DNA of 12,053 nucleotides from a virus (Duplodnaviria; Heunggongvirae; Uroviricota; Caudoviricetes): IMG/VR virus record IMGVR_UViG_2850808358_000011; one strand, 5' to 3'. Shown piece by piece: positions 7,138 to 12,053 of this stretch (position 1 is its first letter; each line of letters starts with the position of its first letter). The notes under the pieces were generated by a model. It saw only the letters and a program-made list of their open reading frames with translations, ran no database searches and was not told where the DNA came from. The position numbers and the translations under genes were made by a program.

Positions 7138-7438
7138 GGGGGTGCGGAAACGGGTTACAAAGGTTACAAACAGAAAAATACATTATATATCAATGCATTA
7201 TAATACATTTATAAGGTTACAAACGGGTTACAACAGGGTTACATGTAACCTTTATGTAGTGGTTACTGTTGGTTACAGGTTAAATTTATAACTAATTGAT
7301 AATTAATCTGTTTTTGAGAGCTGTAACCTCGTGTAACCTTCTGTAACCTCAAAAAGGTTACAAGGAATATGCTTTAAAATCATATTGTTATGGCATATTT
7401 TAGGGGGTGTAACCTTTGTAACCCGTTTCCGCACCCCC
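7138..7438. repeat. Iteron-like array: about 14 copies of heptamer GGTTACA/TGTAACC bounded by perfect 31-bp inverted repeats; putative replication origin or protein-binding array
   Basis: Left arm GGGGGTGCGGAAACGGGTTACAAAGGTTACA (7138-7168) is the exact reverse complement of 7408-7438. Plus-strand heptamers at 7153, 7162, 7215, 7226, 7237, 7271, 7356 (variant GGTTACT at 7261); minus-orientation copies at 7244, 7322, 7332, 7342, 7408, 7417; central palindrome GGTTACATGTAACC at 7237-7250. Confidence 0.7.
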
Positions 7439-7620
7439 TACCGGATTTTGAGGTAAAGGCAAAAAAACACTGGTAAGACCAGAAACAAAAATACAACACA
7501 AATAAATTGAATGAGCTCATTGTTATACCTTCACATAGAAGCGAATAAAAAACGTAATACGTGTTACGTTACAGCCACCAAAAAAACGCAAAAAAACTGC
7601 CTTTAACCCCCCCTTCCTGT

Positions 7621-7648
7621 TTGCACAGAAGTGCACAAATTTGCACAA
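7621..7648. promoter_or_regulatory. Three direct repeats of TGCACA(A) at exact 10-bp phasing; a fourth copy GTGCACAA at 7713-7720
   Basis: TTTGCACAgaaGTGCACAAAtTTGCACAA read directly; helical-turn spacing suggests a cooperative protein-binding site. Confidence 0.45.
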
Positions 7649-7940
7649 TTTTTTAGAGTAACTTTTTGCCCATACGGCCCAGTACTGGCGCGCCCGGAGG
7701 GCGATTTCGTGCGTGCACAAAAAACGGAGAGTTTTTCACGCGCAGGTGACGGGGGAACAGCACGCGTTTCAGGGGGTAAATTACATTTTCGCTAAAGACT
7801 GCGGGAATGCCCGACCGGGTTAGTTTTATCGCCAGCCAGAGCCGTTCTTACGGCAAGAGAGAACTGATACGGGGAATGTGACGAGTGAGCATGGGAACGG
7901 TGCGCCCGTGCGTAATACGCGGCGACTGCTGCGGGTTTAT

Positions 7941-7973
7941 TTGATACAGCCAGAGGGCGGCAGAAGATATAAT
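7941..7973 (+). promoter_or_regulatory. Candidate promoter for the Ogr/Delta-like gene (TATAAT at 7968-7973; poor -35)
   Basis: Consensus -10 hexamer 35 nt upstream of ATG 8008; TTGATA at 7941-7946 is 21 bp away (non-optimal), so probably activator-dependent or a different -35. Confidence 0.25.
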
Positions 7974-8007
7974 AGTTCAAATTTCACACCAGTAAGAGGA
8001 GCGTGAT

Positions 8008-8190
8008 ATGTCTTTCCCTTGCCCGGCCTGTGGCGCTTCATCCCGCACCCGTGGTCGTTCGTTGGAAGAACACGAACAAAACATCTACAGAACGTATTAC
8101 CAGTGCAATAATATTGAGTGTGGGGCTTGTTTTTGTACGCTTGAGTCGTTTGTACGCATTACTAAGCGCAGGAAGTCGAAAACTTCATAG
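8008..8190 (+). CDS. Ogr/Delta-family zinc-finger late-gene transcriptional activator
   Basis: 60 aa; CPACG...(N20)...YYQCNNIECGACF-T-ES matches the remembered P2 Ogr pattern (CPLCQ...YHQCQNVNCSATFITYES); strong RBS AAGAGGAG upstream. Confidence 0.75.
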   Translation: MSFPCPACGASSRTRGRSLEEHEQNIYRTYYQCNNIECGACFCTLESFVRITKRRKSKTS

Positions 8191-8240
8191 TGATTTGTAT
8201 AACACAGCCAGCGAGTGTGACCGGCTGCGTTATTGCTGTA

Positions 8241-8474
8241 TTACGTCGTGTGGTTCTGGTCATTTGCCCAGGCCCACACATCCCCCGCTACATTGCGCCC
8301 GTTGCGGTCTTCCTCCTGCGTTTCCCCGGCCTTAATTCCCTGACTGATAAACATTCTGACGCACTGGGAGTAGTTCATCTCTCTGTCCTCACATATCTGA
8401 TTTATTTTATGGTCGATTTCGTGCGGGATACGAATACAGCGTAATACGCATCGCATTTTCTTTTGTTTTTTCAT
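8241..8474 (-). CDS. Ribbon-helix-helix (Arc/CopG-like) DNA-binding protein, putative repressor
   Basis: Minus-strand ORF; start chosen at ATG 8474 (MKKQKKMRCVLRCIRIPHEIDHKINQICEDREMNYSQCVRMFISQG) with RBS GGGAGG 7 nt upstream; beta-strand then two helices is typical of RHH proteins. Confidence 0.6.
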   Translation of the reverse strand: MKKQKKMRCVLRCIRIPHEIDHKINQICEDREMNYSQCVRMFISQGIKAGETQEEDRNGRNVAGDVWAWANDQNHTT

Positions 8475-8528
8475 CGTGTTGCCTCCCTGATTGCTTATGC
8501 CGGGATTTAACACCCGCGATATAAGAAA

Positions 8529-8627
8529 GCGTAATACAACAGTATTGTGAGCGTATTACGAGAACAAAATCGGCTGGAATGTATTACGCAATATGGAAAA
8601 AATCGGCGTAAGTAAAAAATGTATTAC
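8529..8627. promoter_or_regulatory. Operator-like cluster of GTAATAC/GTATTAC motifs in the divergent intergenic region between the RHH gene and the capsid-module operon
   Basis: Copies at 8531-8537, 8553-8559, 8581-8587, 8621-8627; related copies at about 7554-7560, 7912-7918 and 8441-8447. Confidence 0.4.
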
Positions 8628-8638
8628 AGGAGCAAATA

Positions 8639-8824
8639 ATGGATATAACTCAGGCAAGCGCCGAACATCAGGTATGTAAAGCACAGTTTGATACGGCCAG
8701 GGCAAAACTCAGTGAACAGGAATCATTAATCACCAATCTGGAAGCGACTATCGAACAGACGAAAGGGGAGCTGGAGTCTCTCGATCGTGACTGGCAGAAC
8801 TCAATCCTGTCTGCGCTGGAGTAA
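8639..8824 (+). CDS. Small coiled-coil-like protein (61 aa), first gene of the capsid module
   Basis: ATG 8639 with RBS AGGAG; heptad-like hydrophobic spacing. Confidence 0.45.
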   Translation: MDITQASAEHQVCKAQFDTARAKLSEQESLITNLEATIEQTKGELESLDRDWQNSILSALE

Positions 8825-8862
8825 AAACGGAATCCTCCGCGAAATTATCTATTCAGGCGGGT

Positions 8863-9348
8863 GTGGCGCGAGAAAATCTTGAGCGTCTGCGGGTATTGCA
8901 TGATGAAGCGCGCATCAGGCTACTGGAGTGTCGTTATAACGCGGCAGAGGCTGGTTGTGCTTACGAAAGCATTGATAATAAGTTGCGGGCAGAGATATTT
9001 GCAAAAGCACTTCCCGAACTGATTAACGAGCTGACCCCTGTTCTGTTATTGATTCGTGGTTTATGTGAGCTGCTTGGCCAGCCGCTGTATAACGCAGAAA
9101 AGAAAATATGCGAAACACTGAAAGCGGCAGATACTGCTGAAAGTGTCGGGATGATTCGCGGCCGGATTAACGATACCGAAAGCGACACCTCCAGCCCGCT
9201 GCGTTATTGCCCGGAGAAACTCCCGGATTCAGTAAGCTGCGCAATCAGGAGCGCCCCTTCACCTGTACAATGGAGCGCGGCGCGACAGAATCCAGAAAAA
9301 ATGCGCGACCTTGCGGAGGGCAGAGAACTCTGCCGGGGGTGGCAGTAA
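8863..9348 (+). CDS. Hypothetical protein (161 aa), translationally coupled to the capsid gene; possibly scaffold-related
   Basis: GTG start 8863; stop TAA 9346-9348 overlaps ATG 9348 (TAATG); its frame is open from 8791, overlapping the end of the previous ORF. Confidence 0.45.
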   Translation: MARENLERLRVLHDEARIRLLECRYNAAEAGCAYESIDNKLRAEIFAKALPELINELTPVLLLIRGLCELLGQPLYNAEKKICETLKAADTAESVGMIRGRINDTESDTSSPLRYCPEKLPDSVSCAIRSAPSPVQWSAARQNPEKMRDLAEGRELCRGWQ

Positions 9349-10619
9349 TGAGCGGTCTGAATACTCCACATTTGCACGGCGCTGATATAGTGAGCCGACT
9401 CAGGGGATTAATGTCCCGGAATCGCCTGAAAGCAAACACAGCAAGCATAAGCGATGAGACGCGTCGCGCGCTGGACAATGAATATCAAAAACTGGAGCGT
9501 GAGCTTGAGCTTCACACCCTGCATACTGCAAGCGGTGGGGGTAATAACGACGGCATTGAGCGTTATAATTGCACTGCTGATTCTGTTGTATCACAACGAA
9601 ATCAACAGTCTCAGATGGTTTTCAATTGCGCTATCGAGTCGATAACCGGAAAGCATCCGAAGGATTTGCGCTTTTCCGGTGATACTGCGCGCTATTCGTC
9701 AGAAGTTGAACCTGTTCCTCGCCAGAGTGCAACGCTTGCCAGTGGATGGCAGGCAAATTTCCTTGCTGAAATAACTCCCGTGCCTGTTACGGATATATCA
9801 GGTCGGGTTGTGCTGGTAGACGCTTCGGGGCCGTTGGCACGTACATCGCCACCTCACGAGCGCCGTTCGCCACTACAGGCGCATTCACTGGTTTCAAGGG
9901 GCTACCGCTGCGAGCAGGTTAATTTTGATTTTGCGTTGAACTACGACAATGCCGATGCTCACGCATCCGCAAACGGCCTTGAAGGAAGTGCGCGGGCCGC
10001 TTTTGAACGCCGGAAATGGCTGGATTTAATTCAGATTGGTTTTAACGGCACACATTATGCCGCCGAATCTGACCCTGAAACATATCCGGGGCGTGACGAT
10101 TGCGGCGTGGGTTGGTTGCAGAAGTTTCGAAATGAAGCGGCGGGAAGGGTTATCAGCGGCCTTTCTGTTTCATCACCGAAAAGTAATACACGCGGTACAC
10201 ACCATACGATAGATGCGCTTGTTCTGGATGCCTGGCAATCCATGATTGATGAACAGTGGCAGGAAGGCATTGTGGCCGTATGCAGTCACAATACGCTGGT
10301 CCGTAAACAATGGCCTTTGATAAACCGTCTTGATCCATCGCAGATGAATCAGGAAATTTTGCTTAACGAGGGAATCATTAAAAATCCCGTTCTGGGGAAT
10401 CTCCCGGCTGTGACCGTTCCATTTTTCCCGGACAATGCTGTATTGATCACACCTCTTGCCAATCTGTGTCTGTACTGGCAGCGTGGTTCCGTTCGTGGCC
10501 TGGTAAAAAACGAGCCTCAGTATAATCGCCTCGCGTTCTATGAGTCCTGTAACCTTGACTGGGTGGTGGGGCAATATGAGGCAGGGTGCTTACTGGATGG
10601 GATTGACTGGAAAGAATAG
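9348..10619 (+). CDS. P2 gpN-family major capsid protein homolog (HK97 fold), with an N-terminal extension
   Basis: 423 aa from ATG 9348; motifs CEQVNFDF, GFNG, VGWLQKFRNEA, IDALVLDA, GNLPAVTVPFFPDNAVLITPLANL and a C-terminal FYESCNLDWVVGQYEAGCL match my recollection of P2 gpN (CDQINFDF, VGWLQKYRNEA, LDALVMDA, GNLPAVRVPYFP, NYESMNIDYVVEDYAAGCL). Confidence 0.75.
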   Translation: MSGLNTPHLHGADIVSRLRGLMSRNRLKANTASISDETRRALDNEYQKLERELELHTLHTASGGGNNDGIERYNCTADSVVSQRNQQSQMVFNCAIESITGKHPKDLRFSGDTARYSSEVEPVPRQSATLASGWQANFLAEITPVPVTDISGRVVLVDASGPLARTSPPHERRSPLQAHSLVSRGYRCEQVNFDFALNYDNADAHASANGLEGSARAAFERRKWLDLIQIGFNGTHYAAESDPETYPGRDDCGVGWLQKFRNEAAGRVISGLSVSSPKSNTRGTHHTIDALVLDAWQSMIDEQWQEGIVAVCSHNTLVRKQWPLINRLDPSQMNQEILLNEGIIKNPVLGNLPAVTVPFFPDNAVLITPLANLCLYWQRGSVRGLVKNEPQYNRLAFYESCNLDWVVGQYEAGCLLDGIDWKE

Positions 10620-10641
10620 CAAGGAAATTTCCGGTAACGTT

Positions 10642-10664
10642 GAGGGCTTCTCAGCCCTCCTTTT
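10642..10664. terminator. Hairpin GAGGGC-ttctca-GCCCTC followed by CTTTT, shared by the convergent capsid and toxin 3' ends
   Basis: 6-bp perfect stem 10642-10647 / 10654-10659; T-run 10661-10664; the minus-strand toxin stop is at 10663-10665. Confidence 0.5.
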
Positions 10665-11006
10665 ACTTAAGCAGATGCTCTCCACCAATCAGGGTAATGA
10701 CTCTTTCAAGCACATCATTAAATATCCCATCTTCTGCCTCTGTGATTAAGCGCGCTTTCCGCTGACGCCAGTCAAGGGTTTGAATGAGTGTGGTTGCTAC
10801 CACGCTGGGGCGTCCAGATTTGTTACCGGAACTTCTGTGGGAGCATTTCGTATGCTCGTACTTATGGGGCAGCATATGACAAGCCCGGTGAGTCGGTTAT
10901 ATTGCTCATGGGATAGTATGAGTGCCGGGCGATACTTTCCGATCTCTTTTCCTTTCTGCGGCTCAAAATCTAGCCAGCAAATATCACCACGCTTAGGTAC
11001 AAACAT
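10663..11006 (-). pseudogene. MazF/PemK-family toxin, split into two ORFs (10797..11006 and 10663..10875) by a 1-nt frameshift at a G4/C4 run
   Basis: N-terminal part GDICWLDFEPQKGKEIGKYRPALILS...CCPISTSIRNAPTEV and C-terminal part SVVATTLIQTLDWRQRKARLI...VITLIGG both match the MazF/PemK pattern; adding one C in the run at 10807-10810 gives a continuous 114-aa ORF. Confidence 0.6.
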
Positions 11007-11254
11007 CAGTAATCAACCTCCTCATTGAATGGGGTGGCAATTTCGTCAGCGTGCGCTGTAACTGGCGTTATCCCGGCGAGTAGTTCGGCTTCACTCAGGC
11101 GACGGCGTGCAGGCTTTTCTACAAAAAGCCCTTTTTCACTAATTTCAACGTTGACGATATCACCCACAGAAAAACCCGGAACGGTTTTAAGGTTTCCCGT
11201 TAGTCGAAGGGCAATGCTATTACCCCATTTTTGCAATACAACCTGTGTGCGCAT
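11006..11254 (-). CDS. MazE/PemI-family antitoxin (AbrB/SpoVT-type)
   Basis: 82 aa; VVLQKWGNSIALRL...LSEAELLAGITP matches MazE (VKRWGNSPAVRIP...TLAELVNDITP); RBS AGGAG upstream of ATG 11254; stop overlaps the toxin ATG (TGATG). Confidence 0.8.
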   Translation of the reverse strand: MRTQVVLQKWGNSIALRLTGNLKTVPGFSVGDIVNVEISEKGLFVEKPARRRLSEAELLAGITPVTAHADEIATPFNEEVDY

Positions 11255-11516
11255 GTGGGTTAACTCCTGTATCTATGGTGTGTATACAGTGAGGATAGGC
11301 GAGTAATTATTCTGTGTCTACAACAAAGATACATTAAAAGCGTTAGTGAGCTTTTATGGGATCGGGTACAATCCCGACTCAATTTGTTGTTCTCTTGTTT
11401 TCTGTCATTTTTTTTGTGCCGTTCTCTGTTTGTGTATCAATCGGTGTATCAATATTGTTTTTTTAAGCATGAAAAATGATAGTTATTTCATTAATAATCA
11501 ATTGGTTATTTGATAG

Positions 11517-12053
11517 ATGAAACATTATGTAGAAGTAATGATCCCCGAAGCGGAGATTAAAGCGCGTATCGCCGAACTGGGGCGTCAGATTACTGAGCGT
11601 TACAAAGACAGCGGCAGCGATATGGTGCTGGTGGGTCTGCTGCGTGGCTCATTTATGTTTATGGCGGACCTGTGCCGTGAAGTTCAGGTATCTCATGAAG
11701 TCGACTTTATGACCGCCTCCAGCTACGGTAGCGGCATGTCCACCACCCGTGATGTGAAAGTCCTCAAAGATCTGGATGAAGATATCCGTGGCAAGGACGT
11801 GCTGATTGTTGAAGATATCATCGACTCGGGGAATACACTGTCGAAAGTGCGTGAGATCTTAAGCCTGCGCGAACCGAAGTCGCTGGCGATTTGTACGCTG
11901 CTGGATAAACCGTCCCGTCGTGAAGTGAACGTCCCGGTAGAATTTATCGGTTTCTCGATCCCGGATGAGTTTGTGGTGGGTTACGGCATTGATTACGCAC
12001 AGCGTTACCGTCATCTGCCGTATATTGGCAAAGTGATTCTGCTGGACGAGTAA
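11517..12053 (+). CDS. hpt: Hypoxanthine phosphoribosyltransferase
   Basis: 178 aa, near-identical to E. coli Hpt as remembered ([51 protein letters not shown]...VILLDE); PRPP-binding motif [14 protein letters not shown]. Confidence 0.95.
   Translation: MKHYVEVMIPEAEIKARIAELGRQITERYKDSGSDMVLVGLLRGSFMFMADLCREVQVSHEVDFMTASSYGSGMSTTRDVKVLKDLDEDIRGKDVLIVEDIIDSGNTLSKVREILSLREPKSLAICTLLDKPSRREVNVPVEFIGFSIPDEFVVGYGIDYAQRYRHLPYIGKVILLDE

Larger units (their letters stand above)
1..10665. mobile_element. Integrated satellite-phage-like element (primase, integrase, Ogr/Delta-like activator, capsid homolog); left end lies outside the window, right end somewhere between 10620 and 11516
   Basis: Co-occurrence of AlpA-like regulator, P4-alpha-like primase-helicase, tyrosine integrase, Ogr/Delta zinc-finger activator and P2-family capsid homolog; mosaic GC content with AT-rich blocks (about 500-1100, 2860-3200, 7090-7620); adjacent to core gene hpt. 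Boundaries are not determinable from this window. Confidence 0.5.

Noticed and set aside
7094-7291. ORF 7094..7291 (+) and minus ORFs 7523..7720, 7792..7980 in the intergenic region
   Set aside because: They read through the iteron and repeat arrays, with translations dominated by repeat-derived residues and no RBS; the region behaves as non-coding regulatory or origin DNA.
7138-7438. Possibility that the short-repeat array is a CRISPR locus
   Set aside because: Repeat unit is only 7 bp, occurs in both orientations with irregular spacing, and no cas genes are present; the pattern fits iterons, not CRISPR.
7970-7990. tRNA-like T-loop motif (GTTCAAAT) as a possible integration target
   Set aside because: No matching acceptor or T-stem complementarity around it; it sits in the Ogr-like promoter/RBS region, and no other tRNA-like structure was seen.
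8003-8444. Plus-strand ORFs 8003..8335, 8190..8444 and the N-terminal extension of minus ORF 8241..8513
   Set aside because: They conflict with the Ogr-like frame or with the minus-strand RHH ORF, which has a strong RBS at the internal ATG 8474 and a recognisable fold pattern.
8791-8824. Possible frameshift joining the 61-aa and 161-aa ORFs into one scaffold-like gene
   Set aside because: Unlike the other three cases there is no homopolymer at the overlap and no obviously sensible joined reading; kept as two separate genes with low confidence.
9207-9347. TTG-initiated N-terminal extension of the capsid ORF (9207..9347)
   Set aside because: The ATG at 9348 overlaps the upstream stop (TAATG), which is a much more typical coupled start; the extension is Pro/Arg/Gly-rich and overlaps the upstream gene.

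Overview
Most of this window is a horizontally acquired, integrated satellite-phage-like element (P4-/PICI-like gene content) lying immediately upstream of the chromosomal hpt gene of an Enterobacteriaceae genome. Left to right: an AT-rich accessory gene with an HTH-like N-terminus (split at a T9 tract); an AlpA-family regulator flanked by related hairpins; four tightly coupled small genes; an isolated AT-rich 99-aa gene; a P4-alpha-type primase-helicase (zinc-ribbon N-terminus split off by a 1-nt frameshift); a tyrosine integrase starting 2 bp after the primase; a 1.1 kb non-coding region with a heptamer iteron array inside perfect 31-bp inverted repeats and two further repeat families; an Ogr/Delta-type zinc-finger activator; a minus-strand ribbon-helix-helix protein; two small proteins and a P2 gpN-family capsid homolog; a MazE/MazF-like toxin-antitoxin pair with a frameshifted toxin; and complete hpt. 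No tRNA, rRNA or CRISPR array was seen. All domain calls come from reading the translations and from remembered family signatures; no database search was run. Three of the frame disruptions sit at homopolymer runs, so they may be sequencing artefacts rather than real pseudogenes. The most interesting candidates are the iteron/inverted-repeat region, the capsid homolog in an element with no terminase or portal in view, the AT-rich cargo genes, and the decayed toxin-antitoxin pair.
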